This document shows, piece after piece, positions 51,920-64,000 of a DNA stretch of 64,000 bases. The DNA is from Octopus vulgaris (Eukaryota). The stretch lies in NCBI GenBank assembly GCA_951406725.2, contig OX597824.1:54126001-54190000 (forward strand), read 5' to 3'. Position 1 is the first letter of the stretch; each line of letters opens with the position of its first letter. The notes below the pieces were generated by a model, which did no database searches, was not told where the DNA came from, and saw only the letters and a program-made list of their open reading frames with translations. The position numbers and the translations under genes were made by a program.

Positions 51920-53078
51920 AACTGTTGTAATAGTAAATCATTGGCTTTGCTGCTTTTTTAGATTAAAAGATGTAGAAATATTAATGTATAAATGTACCTT
52001 TTAGTGCCAAGATGGACTATATATTGAAGAAGTTTGCCATACCAAGAAGTTCTTAAGGATGCTGGAAATTCATGGTTACCCAACAACCTTTATCAGCTAC
52101 TAAACATCTTCCAAGTGAAAGAAATGAAACAGCTCATCAACCAAGCAACTTCTGCTGTCTACAAGGCTATGTGTAGATAAAGGTTAGATATACAACTATC
52201 CCATGCAAGTCCAAAATATCTGTATAAAAGATGGTCTCTTTATACATATGATGTAACCATGTTGGCTGACTGTCTATTTTGCCACCTGGACATATTTTTA
52301 TGAGCATACATATCATCTACCATGCTCACAAGGCAGCAGATACTATATTGGTAGCATTCTTCAGCACTCATATATCCAAATCCATGGACATCTCCATACA
52401 GATGCTTCATCAGTGAAAAAATTACCTGGATAAATGCTGCAGCCAAGACATTACTTTTACTTTCAGAGATGCAGACTGAAATGTTGGGTATTTGTGAATT
52501 AAGGAGGTAGCTCTCATTAAACAATTCAAACCCACCATCAACAGCTGATATAAAATGCATGAAGCATGTTGACTAATCTAGCCCCTTTCACCAGTTCCTG
52601 TGTCATGCAAAATTCAACCTTATTGTCTCAACACTTCTCATACTCTCAACACCTCATTGTCTCAACACTGTCTCAGCACTTCTCAACACTTCTCAACCCC
52701 ACCATATAGACAGGAACTCTGACAAACTAAGACATCTCTGTCTTTCTTTTTACCTGTGAATAAAACCTTTTTCAGTGAAAATATCAGGATTATTAAAGTT
52801 ATTTAATAAGGTAAAAGGTTTTAGTCTTTTTTCTTATTTATATTTAATCTATTCTTGACTACAATGCTGTCACTTTCTACATTAGTGTTTCTTTTCATGT
52901 ATAATAAATTTTTACTTTGGTTTATAGTTTGGTGCTTTGTCTTCCATTCCAGTTGGGAAAATAAATTAAAATCAGTAATATGATCCAAATCAATTGATTA
53001 TATATTTCTTCTCATCTTACACAATTTATATTGCTGTTGTGTATTTTGTTGATTATATTATTGGATTTTGTTTTAAAG

Positions 53079-53320
53079 GTCAAGGACGTTCAGAACCAGT
53101 CCCCATCAAAGTAAAATGTGACCGAGAAGGTCTTGGATTAGCAACTAAAAGAAAAGAACAATTAGCAGAAATAAATAAATTTCAGGAAATGGTAAAAAGG
53201 AAGCATCAAAAGCTCCAAGGAAACTTCATGCAACGGATGAGTGACAAGTTCAGTGTAAAAGAAATAGAAAAGGATTTAGAAAAATGTCAAAAAGTTTGTG
53301 ATGAACTTGATGGCAGAGCT
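53079..53320 (+). CDS. GPATCH11: GPATCH11 coding exon 3 (end of the G-patch, coiled coil)
   Basis: Acceptor ttttgttttaaag; GQGRSEPVPIKVKCDREGLG...EKDLEKCQKVCDELD; donor GTAAGT at 53321. Confidence 0.92.
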
Positions 53321-53499
53321 GTAAGTAAATTCAACTTTATCCATAAAATAACTTCATTTTGATTTTGCTTCTCAGTTATTTATTTTATTTTACTTTTGTG
53401 TTGTGTATTAACCCTAAAACATCCCTAACACTTGTAAAAGTGAGTTTCCTGCTGGTTCTTAAGATCCTGAAGTTTGCATAAGGATCCCCCAAAACAGCA

Positions 53500-54075
53500 A
53501 CCAAAGATGAATATCCATGCCAAAAAAGCTATGCTTTGTGATTGGTAGGATCATAAAGGCATTATTTATTATGAGCTTTTCCCACAAAACCAGACAATTA
53601 ATTCTGATGTGTACTGTTCTCAGCTGCTTAATTTGAACCAAAAAAAATTAAAAAATCAAAGAATTGAGGCTGGAGATTGCCAACAGGAAAGGGGTAGTGT
53701 TCCAACAAGACAGTGCCCAACCACATGTGTCTTTGGCTATCTGAACAAAGTTACATGAACCTGGCTGGGATCTCTTACCACATCTACCATATTCTCCTGA
53801 TATTGTGCCATCTGATTACCATTATTTTTGTCTCTACAGAACTCATTGCAAAGAAAATCATTTAATGAATGGAGTCAAAATGCATCTAAATAACTTTTTT
53901 CTTCAAAACCAGTCAAATTTTATGGTGATGGAAGATTTAAATTACCTGATAGATGGGCAAAGTTCATTAATAATAATGGAAATTATTTTATTGAATAAAA
54001 TTTATCAAAAGGTCAATTATTTATATCCCTTTTTGCATATTAAAAAATGCTCAGAACTTTCTGAACAACCTAATA
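53500..54075 (+). mobile_element. Mariner transposase relic with 3' TIR
   Basis: KGIIYYELF..QTINS, FQQDSAQPH, HLPYSPDIVPSDY; ends aacaacctaata. Confidence 0.85.
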
Positions 54076-56099
54076 TGTAACTTATGTGATCTATGGATTC
54101 ACAAGAAATTTAGTGGAATCAAAAGCAGGCTAACAGTGAAAAGAGACTTTGTCTGTGGTAGGTAGGTTTACCAGAGTAGTGAGTCCTCAGAGCATCAGTA
54201 AAATAAATTCCATAGAAGTAGTTGACGGCTTCTGTTACTGTTGTGGAAGGATTCTGACCCTCCCCAAGTGATTAAAAGTGAACTGACTCATTGTTATAAA
54301 ATAAAGAACTGTGAGCAACTGAGGGTAAACTGTTCACTGAGAGCTATTGGCAGAGAGTGTTTAACCTTGTGTAACAGTAATTGCAGTGTGTCATATAAAT
54401 ACTTTTTTTCTCACCCACTTTGTTAAATTATTTATCCAACACAAGGATATAAAAGTGGTGATGAGTTATTCGAAGCTTGTGTTGGGTGTTTAAAATTTTT
54501 TATTTGGTACAAAACCAAAGAAAAAATCATTTTAACATGGAAGACATATTGGTCTCCATGGTGCAGTTGCAACAACAACAGCAATTACAATGGCAACAAC
54601 AACACCAACAGTTGCTAGAATTAATATTGAAGAAATTTGAAAATACTTCAGGTCATTCTTGTCAGACAGCGTAGCAAACTCAATTGGAAAATTCAGTTAT
54701 AATCCAGAAGAAGGGATTACCTTCTCTGCATATTTTCGAAGATACAAAGAAATCTTCAAAGAAGAATGTAAAAATTGGTCTGATGAGAAAAAAAGTACAA
54801 CTACTTTTAAGAAAGTTATCCCCTACCGAACATGAAAAATATAGTAACTAAATTCTGCCAAAGAAGCCAGGTGAAATTTGTTTCGATGAAACAATTAATA
54901 AGTTCCATGTTCAATACTTGCTGGCAATGTTTGAATTTGGTCAAAAAAATGATGAAGATTTTGTCACCTATGCTGGGGTTGTTATCAGAGAGTATGAAAA
55001 ATTCAATTTAAATGAATTAACCCTGGACATATTGAAATGTCTAATTTTTGTTCACAGGCTAACTACAAGCAAAGATGGAGATATATGTTCCCAGATATTA
55101 ACAAAATTAGAAAGGGACCAAAAATTAACTCTACAGGCAGTAGGAGAAGAATGCCAGAAGATTATAAATCTAAGACATGACACAGATAAAATTGAAGAAA
55201 AAGACTGCTCTCATATTTATGCATGTTGACCGGTAATGGATAAAAAAAAAGAGAAAAATGTCAAGACTGAATCTATGTTATGGGTGTGGTGGTCTACATT
55301 TTAAAAGTAACTGTTCATTTAAAAATATAAAATGCTTCAAGTGTGGTAAGATAGGTCATAAAAAATCACACTGTAAAACAAAGCCTGAAAAACAGTTCAA
55401 TTGCAAAAATCACGTAGACAGGTTATCGGTGACAAGAAATATGAATGAATCTCAAAGTAAATTTGTGTATGTAAAAAATTAATAACCCAAAAATAAAGTT
55501 ATGATTGGATATGGGCAGTGATATCTCAATAATTGATGCAGATACATGGAAAAAAAAATTCAAAAATTACATGTGGTGTTTCAGGGAAAAAATTACATTT
55601 TAAGGGCAAAAAATGATAAGTGATGTTACATTTCATGGAAAAACCTTAAAAGCCAGTTTTTGTGTTGAATAATACAATATATTTATTTGGAACAGACTGG
55701 ATGGAATTATTTAAATTACGGGATCTCCCCATAAATCTTTTCTGTAAAAATGGGAATGGTTTTTCCACCAGTGCAAATGAATTGTTTGACAAATTTTTTA
55801 AAAAATTAAAAAAGATTTCTCCTAAAGTTTTGTCTGATAAACTAGGTCTGTGCACCAAAACATGGAAGTTTCAAGTAAAAAAAAAAATGCTATACCAGTA
55901 TTTAAACCCAAAAGAATAGTACCATTCGCAGCATTAGGACAGATACACTTAGAGTTAGAGAGACCAGAAAAAAATTGGAGTTATTCAAAAAGGGGAATAT
56001 AGTTAATAGGTATTACCAGCTGTGTACTTTAAGAAAAAGAATAATAAAATCAGAGTGTGTGATGATTTTTCCACTGGTCTAAATGAATGTCTTAAAACG

Positions 56100-56458
56100 T
56101 ACAGCGAAAATGACATTCCAAAGGCTGGAGTAGTTTGAATGGAAAACGATGCCCTACCCATCATATTTGCCGGATATTGCCCCATCTGATTATCATTTAT
56201 TCCGTAGTCATTGAAATCATTTGGAAGGAAAAAATATGAATTCTGTAGAGAAGGTCAGAACAGTACTGGAGGAGTATTTTTCATCACAGACAAGTGAATT
56301 TTGGAAGAGGGGCCTTGCAAATCTATCAGATAGATGGAATAGTATTGTAGAAAATGAAGGAGAGTATATTTTAGATTAAAAAAGACATTCGTTTATCTTA
56401 ATTTTGTAAAATAAAAGAAGTATAAAAAAACTGCATTATTTATGGAATGACCCAATAT
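56100..56458 (+). mobile_element. Mariner 3' fragment inside Gypsy pol
   Basis: PYPSYLPDIAPSDYH; ends ttatggaatgacccaata. Confidence 0.75.
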
Positions 56459-56926
56459 ATTGGCTAACAATGGACTGTGATATTGAAGAACTAGTGAAAG
56501 CATGCAGAAGGTGTGCCCTAGCTGCAAAAGCATCTACCACTAAATGGCAACCATGGCCAAGAACAGATATTCCATGGTCTGGACTGCATGTTGATTATGT
56601 AGGTCCACTTAAGGGTTCATATTACCTTTGGTGGACAGTTTTCAAAGTGGCCTGAAGTGCATACATGTAAAAAGCTGACATCTGTGGTTACAGTAAGTTT
56701 TTTTTTACATGAATTGCTCACCAGATATGGTATTCCTGATACCATTGTGTCTGATAATTGAACTCAATTTACTTCAGATGAGTTCAGGAAATTTTGTAAA
56801 ATGTTCTATATCAAACATGTGGCCACTCTGCTGTATCATCTTAAGTCAAATGGACACATGGAGCATTTTGTTGATACTTTCAAGAGGGTGTTGTAAAAGG
56901 TGAACAATGAAGTAATGGACGACCTT

Positions 56927-59900
56927 CATCATCATCATCATCATCATCGTTTAACGTCCGTTTTCCACGCTAGCACGGGTTGGACGGTTCAACCGGGGTC
57001 CGGGAAGCCAGGGGCTGCACCAGGCTCCTGTCTGATCTGGCAGTGTTTCTACAATTGGATGCCCTTCCTAATGCCAACCACTCCACGAGTGTAGTGGGTG
57101 CTTTATACGTGCCACCTGCACAGGTGCCAGGGTGTCTGGCATCGGCCACGATCGGAAGCCAGTCGAGGCAGCGCTGGCATCAGCCACGTTCGGATGGTGC
57201 TTTTTATGTACCACCGGCACAGAAGCCAGTCGAGGCGGACCTGGCAACGGCCACGTTCGGATGGTACTTTTATGTGCCACCGGCACAGGTATCACAACTA
57301 CTATTTCCATTGATATTTGTTTCGATGTTCATGTACATGTACATGCACTTGACTCAACAGGTCTCCTCAAGCACAGCGAGATGTTCTGGGATCCAAGGTA
57401 CTTTGAATGGGCAGGGGCTATGCGGAACTGGTGCCGGAAGCATCCCGGGTCTTTGTAGTCACAGCACATCTCCAGAGATCTCGGTCCTTCGCCATTGCCT
57501 TAGTGAGGCCCAACGCTCTGAGGTCATGTTTGACTACCTCATCCCATGTCTTCCTGGGTCTACCTCTCCCCTGATTCCTTCAACTGTTTGGGAGCGGCAC
57601 TTCTTCACACATCTCTCCTCATCCATCCGCAGTACATGACCATACCATCGCAAGCGTTGCTCTTGCACACCGCATCTGATGCTTCTTATGTCTAGCATTT
57701 CTCTCAGGGTGCTTACACTCTGTCGTGCATTCACACTGACATTACACATCCAGCGGATCATGCTAGCTTCATTTCTTTCAAGTCTACGCATGTCCTCTGC
57801 AGTCATGGCCCATGTTTCACTGCCGTGAAGCATGACAGTTCGCATACATGCATCATACAATCTACCTTTCACTCTGAGTGAGAGACCCTTTGTCGCCAGT
57901 AGGGGTAGGAGCTTTCTAAACTTTGCCCAGGCTATTCGTATTCTAGTGGTGACACTCTCTGAGCATCCACCTCCACTACTAACTTGGTCACCCAGGTAGC
58001 GGAAACTATCAACTACTTCTAGTTTCTCCCCCTGGAGTGTGATGGAATCTGTTTTCTGAGTATTTGTGGTGTCTATTGTCCCTGTGCATCTGTCGCACAT
58101 GAAAGCTATCTTATCAGTTAATTTCCCTTTGATGTTGCTGCACATCTTATGCGTCCATAGCTTACACTGGGTGCATCTTATGGAGTTTCTACCTACACCT
58201 TTCCTACAGATCGAGCAGGGCCACCTGCCCGATGGGGTGTGTGCTGAGTTCGCCTTTCTGCTTACTATAATTTTGGTCTTCGCTACATTTACTCTAAGGC
58301 CCTTTGATTCTAACCCTTGTTTCCACACCCGAAATTTCTTTTCTAGTTCCGGTAGTGATTCTGCTATGAGAGCCAGGTCATCAGCATAGAGGAACTCCCA
58401 GGGGCAACCTGTTTTGAATTCCTCTGCTATTGCCTGGAGGACTATGATGAATAAAAGGGGACTGAGCGCTGAGCCTTGGTGTACACCTACTTCTACCCAG
58501 AATTCTTCACTATATTCGTTGCCAATCCTAACCTTGCTGACAGCCTCTCTGCATAGAGCATGTACAGAGCCTGTACAGCCCTTATTAGCCATTCGTCAAT
58601 CTCCAGTTTCCGCATCGACCACCAGATAAGGGATCGGGGAACCCTGTCAAAGGCTTTCTCCAAGTCCACAAAAGCTATGTAGAGGGGTTTATCTCTTTAG
58701 CTAGGTACTTCTCTTGCAGTTGTCGGACCAGGAATATAGCATCAGTGGTGCTTCTACCCGGCACAAAACCGAACTGCATCTCATCTAAGCAAATTCTCTC
58801 CCTAATGAGATGGGTTATGACCCTCTCTGTGACCTTCATCACCTGATCCAACAGTTTAATACCCCTGTAGTTATTTCTATCTAGAGCATCACCCTTGCCC
58901 TTGTAGCAGTTGACTATGGTGCTGCTACGCCAGTCATTGGGTATGACTCCATTATGAACTACCTGGTTTACAATATGGGTGACTAGGCCATAGCCCACAT
59001 AACCAGCTGTTTTAAGCATCTCAGCAGTGATACCTAATGGGCCGGGGGCTTTACCTGGTTTCATACTCTTAATTGCCTTAACTACAAGGTAGCTGTCTAT
59101 TTGGATAGCTGGTCCCTCTACTGGGTCAACATTTGGCAGGCTCTCCTCCTCCCATTCATTCAGCAGTCTTTCAAGCCTCTTTCTTTTCACCAACATTAAA
59201 AGCAAGTGCCCCATCATCCATGCGGACACATTTCTCTCCTGTAACATCACTATTTTCTCTCACACACTGTCTAGCAATCCGAAATACCTCAGTTCTTTGG
59301 TCCTCATGTCGCTGGACATTGGCAAACTTCTTCTTTTCTGCTATATCTTTGGCTATGTATACCTGCCGCCCGGCCTCCCTTTTGGCTACTTGGTATGGTT
59401 CCCTGCTACCCCCATCCCTCCAGGCTCTCCAGGCCTGTTTCTTTGCACTAATGGCTTTGTCTACTGCACTATTCCACCACCACGTAACTCTAGGTCTGGA
59501 AGGGACTTTGCACCATCCACAGACTTGGTCTGTGGCACTCAGCAAGCTGTCCCGTAGGAATTTCCAGCTACCTTCTATGTCCGACATCTGTAGCTCCTCC
59601 TCCCTCTCATCAAATTTCTTGATGAGGATGTCCCTAAATCTCTGACCATGTGAAGGGTTCTTTAGCTTCCAAATCCTTCTTTTCTGGATTGGTCTGTTTC
59701 TTGGAGTCCTTTTGGTTTCAAGCCTAAAGTCACTAATGATTAGCCTATGCTGAGGGATACACTCTTCACCCGGGAGGGTCTTTGTATTTAAGAGCAACCT
59801 TGCATCCCGCTGTCTGATGAGGATGAAGTCTATTTGGCTAGCGGAGTCTCCTGACTGATAAGTTATAAGGTGGCAGTCAGGCTTCCTGAAGTTAGTGTTG

Positions 59901-61488
59901 CAGATTAAAAGGTTACATGCATCACAGAATTCCAGTAGTCTAGTTCCCTCATCATTTCTGGTGCCAATACCATGGCCACCGTGTACCCCAGTGAAGATAC
60001 CCGATTCCCGCCCAACATGCCCATTAAAGTCTCCACCCACAAAGATGAGGTCCTTGCCACTAGTCTTTGAGGTAGCCTGTAGAAGGGTATCATAAAAGTG
60101 GTCCTTCTGATCATTTGGTATCCCCGCATGTGGGGCATAGGCGAAGATAATCGTAGCTGTGCCACTCTGTAGGACTAACCTGAGCTTAAGCACTCTATCG
60201 CAAACTCTGACAACCTCTATGACCTTATCCACCCATTTCTCCGCAAGGAGAATGCCTACACCCCCTACCCCATCCATGTTACCTTGCCAGAAGACGTTAT
60301 ACCTATGTGCCTTGCCTGTGAGGACCCTAGCTGAAGCACCTCTCCATCTTACCTCTTGTATGCAGCATACATCAACCCGTCTTCTCAAGCATCTCTACAA
60401 TCTCACTAGACCTACCTTTCAGTGTACCAACATTGACAGTGCCAACTCTGAAAACTGGGAAGGAGATGTGGGGAGGAGGGGTGCAATTCAGCGCCTGAAA
60501 AGAAGAGGGTTGTTTTTTAGGCATTTTTCCTCTGACCTCTCTTCCGACCTGACAACATTCAAGCATTTAGGCTGGTGTTAGCAGCATTGTAAGCATAAGC
60601 ATTAAGGTCATTGATGATGTAGATGTAAGCTCTGTGGTAGAAATACTGAAATTCTAGGTGTTAGTAGTATTCTAAGCAAGCATTATGGTCATTGAGCAAC
60701 GTGGTTTAAGCAGTGTAGCAGAAACATGGATATTCTAGAGATGGGCTGGGGGTGGGGTGGGGGGTCCCAGCAGGGAGAAGAGAGAGTGGGGGAGGAAATG
60801 GGGGAGAGAGTGCAGGTAATATAGGGGAGCACCAGTGGGGAGGGGTGTTAGGAGAAACGATGACAGGTAGGGGTGGTGGCAGGTTCTAGACAAAATTAAA
60901 CGTAGGATAACACGAGAGGGGGAGGGGACTGGAAGGAGGGGAAGATAAGCAGGGGTAATACATAGTGAAATAGCGTATTGAGGAAGAGGTGTTCGAGGAG
61001 TAGACACCCATAATGGTGGTGGGAGAAGGGATATCCGGTATAGATGGAGAAATATATTGAGATATCCGGTATTGGTGGTGGGGGTGGGAAAGGGCGGGTG
61101 CACCGCGAATGGCGAAGTTTTGATTCAGGAGAGAGCGGCAGATGTAAGGAAAGAGAAGAATTAGGCAAACGGGGTTTGAAGAAACAATGTCATAGACAAC
61201 GGACAAATTATCGTAGAGAGCGAAGAAAGGACAAAGTAATATGGAGAAAGGAAGAAAGAAGGAAAGAAAGAAGAAATTATCAGCACATAGGGACGAATTA
61301 TTACGAGATAGGACTAAAAATGAAAAGATTATATTTTTGGGAGACAATATCAACAGCTTAGCTCACGAAAAGAAACAACAAGCAGATTAGTAAATATATA
61401 ATACATTTTTTAGTGTTAGTGGCGAATGTAGTACGGGTGGTCAAGAAGTGAAAAGAAATTCTTAGCTTATCTAGCTTCAGCCATCGCT
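56927..61488 (-). mobile_element. Full-length RTE LINE (frameshifted) inserted in the Gypsy integrase
   Basis: ~0.9-kb 5' UTR, APE, RT, PHD, 3' UTR, (GAT)n tail; Gypsy sequence resumes on both sides when compared with copy 1 at ~13380-13430. Confidence 0.93.
57470..60524 (-). pseudogene. RTE APE-RT-PHD polyprotein broken by several frameshifts
   Basis: ORF pieces 60372-60566, 59171-60388 (CIQEVRW, GDFNGHVG, QIDF), 58675-59250 (KAPG, NYRGIKLL) and 57534-58592 (YADD, PHD). Confidence 0.9.
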
Positions 61489-62234
61489 GATAATTTCTAA
61501 GAGTATACCAAATAACACCTAATCCGAATACCCCATCTAGAATGTCACCTGTAGAACTGATGTTTGCTAGAAAGATCAGATCCAATTTTGATAAGTTGAT
61601 ACCGAGTGAAAATAAGAAAAAGGCGAACAACAACAATACTTAAAAATTCTTCAAGTTAGGTGACAAAGTTTTTTTAAAACCTATAGATACGGTAAAGAAA
61701 GCTGGGAGGACAGTGTAATCATTAAACAAATTGGAAGAATGTTATTCCTGATAAAAGGGAAAATGTCAAATATAAAAGACATATTAACCAATTTTAAAAA
61801 AGATTCATGGAAAAAAGTCATGAGAAATGAAATCCCCATGGAAGTATTGTATGACACATTTAAGGTACCAACGCCCAAACAATTTGAAACTATATGTTCT
61901 GGCAACAGAGAATGGAAAAGAATGGAAACTAAGTGTAAGAAATATTAAAACTCTGAGCAGAGTTTAATTCTGAAAAGGGGAAAAATTTGGAGAGACTAAT
62001 TCTAAAAAGAGATGGCGTGGAAGGATTCTGACTATCTACCCAAATGACTAAAAGTGGACTGACTCATTGCTATAAAATAAAGAACTGTGAGCAATTGAGG
62101 GTGTGCAGTTCACAGTGAGCTGTTGGCAGAGAGTGTTTAATCTCGTGTAACAGTAATCATAGTGCGTCATATAAATATTTTCTTTTTCCCTGCTTTGTTA
62201 AATCATTTATCCAATACCAGGATATTAAAGTTAT

Positions 62235-62480
62235 CTAGACACCCTTACCAACAGTGTAGGAGGATGTTCTGAAAGCATAATAGCCAGGGTAGGAACAAAT
62301 TTCAAGAAGTTAAGGGAGCCATCACCTCTGCTGACAAGGGCTTCTTTCTTCAAGAGAAGAGTAGATTGCATGGTACTTGTGTATGAAATATGATGCTGTA
62401 TGGCAGTGAGATGTGGGCACTGGATGTAGAGAATGTGTGAAGATTGGCAAGAACTGTAGCAGGTATGATCAGCTGGATGT
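62235..62480 (+). mobile_element. Old RTE RT C-terminal relic
   Basis: GGCSESIIARVG..FKKL; YGSEMWAL. Confidence 0.6.
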
Positions 62481-62849
62481 TTGCCTGGATGACAAAGAAT
62501 TTCTGTCCACATTCCTGTATTAATTTCAGTCACTTGGCTATTGTTATACTGGAGCAGGTCTTCAGTTCAGACAATACTAGATCCATAATGTTGAACCACT
62601 GAACAAGACATAACTTTGCTTACCTCAGTTGTCTGGATGAGGAGCTGACAATTTTACTTCTCTATTGATTGTCTAGTAAAAGGAAAAACATCCCACTCTT
62701 CTTAGTATTAACTCTAATTTTCTTGATATGTAGTATCTAATATGGTGGTAGAATTAGTGTTGTTGTTTATTTTCTCTTCTTAATGTAAATAGTTTATTGC
62801 ATCAAAGTTTCCTATAGTGTAAAAAAATCATGCATTAGACAAATGTACC

Positions 62850-63905
62850 TCTCATCCATGCTAGCATTGGTTGGACGGTTCGACCGGGGTCTGGGAAGCC
62901 AGGAGGCTGCACCAGGCTCCAATCTGATCTGGCAGTGTTTCTACAGCTGGATGCCCTTCCTAACACCAACCACTCTGTGAGTGTAGTGGGTGCTTTTTAT
63001 GTGTCACCGGCACAGGTGCCAGGGGAGGCTGGCAGCGGACATGATCAGTTGGTGCTTTTTACGTGCCACTGGCACAGAAGCCAGTCAAGGTGGCGCTGGC
63101 ATCGGCCACGTTCGGATGGTGCTTTTTACATGCCACCAGCACAAGTATCACAAGTACAATTTCCATTTGATTTTTATTTTGATGTTGATGTACTTGACTC
63201 AATAGGTCTCCTCAAGCACAGCAGGTTGCCCTACGATCCAAGGTAAGAGCAGCAAGGTACTTTAGATGGGCTGGGGCTGCTATGTGAAGCTGGTGCAGGA
63301 AACAGCCATGAACTCACATTATTTGTCGGGTCTTCGCAGTCACAGCATATCTCCAAAGATCTCGGTTTTTCGTCATTGCCTCTGTGAGGCCCAATGTCCG
63401 AAGGTCATGCTTGACCACCTCATCCCATGTCTTCCTGGGTCTACATCTACCCTGGATTCCTTGAACTGTTTGGGAGTGGCACTTCTTCACACATCTCTCC
63501 TTATCCATCCATAGTACATGACCATACGAGCACAAACATCTCTCTTGCACACCACATCTGATGCTTCTTATGTCCAGCATTTCTCTCAGGGCTCTTACAC
63601 TCTGTTGTGTGAGCACACTGACATTACACATCCAGCAAATCATCCTAGCTTCATTTCTTTCAAGCCTATGCATGTTTCACTACCATGAAGCATGGCAGTT
63701 CGCACATATGCATCATACAATCTACCTTTCACTCTGAGTGAGAGAGACCCTTTGTCACCAGTAGGGGTAGAAGCTTTGTAAACTTTGCCCAAGCTATTTG
63801 TATTCTAATGGTGACACTCTCTGAGCATCCACCTCCACTACTAACTTGGTCACCTTGGTTGCAGAAATGATCAACTTCTTCTAGTTTCTTCCCCTGGAGT
63901 GTGAT
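62850..63905 (-). mobile_element. 5'-truncated RTE 3' fragment
   Basis: RLERNEARMI..YGHV..PRKTWDEVVKHDL plus a 3' UTR like 45900-46440. Confidence 0.88.
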
Positions 63906-64000
63906 GAACCTATCTATTTATCTATCTTTATTTTTGTTTTGATTGACAAGAACTGATTGAATGAATGAACTCTCATAAATAGAATAAATATTAAGAGTAC

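Larger units (their letters stand above)
54239..62229 (+). mobile_element. Decayed Ty3/Gypsy LTR retrotransposon, copy 2 (same family as 12661-16503), with nested mariner and RTE
   Basis: LTRs 54239-54454 and 62013-62229; PBS TGGTGATGAG 54456-54465; flanks GTTAC/GTTAT; gag with CYGCGGLH..C and CFKCGKIGH..C knuckles; integrase LHVDYVGP. Confidence 0.9.

Noticed and set aside
52240-52560. 106-aa minus-strand ORF in GPATCH11 intron 2 with a faint helicase-like look
   Set aside because: No convincing motif or splice signals by eye; needs BLASTX/HHpred

Overview
AT-rich, microsatellite-rich metazoan DNA, not prokaryotic. The SINE and RTE repertoire suggests a cephalopod such as Octopus (inference). 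The only host gene I can support is GPATCH11: three + strand coding exons at 28921-28976, 50502-50731 and 53079-53320, with a 21.5 kb first intron, continuing beyond exon 3. Most of the rest is nested transposons. These include Penelope-like elements (one intact 1071-aa RT+GIY-YIG ORF, one near-intact) carrying several hammerhead ribozymes, many RTE-clade LINEs whose RT ORF contains an embedded PHD finger, two decayed Gypsy LTR elements with LTRs, PBS and TSDs, R4-like and Hero-like RLE LINE relics, Tc1/mariner, Merlin and hAT relics, MITEs and tRNA-type SINEs. The most notable observations are the PHD finger inside the RTE reverse transcriptase, the hammerhead plus structured leader plus Asn-rich-linker Penelope element, a recurring '3-prime-ends-outward' Penelope insertion architecture in microsatellites, and a head-to-tail concatemer of an RTE 3' UTR. 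Most short ORFs in the supplied track are microsatellite or antisense artefacts. All alignments and folds were done by eye.
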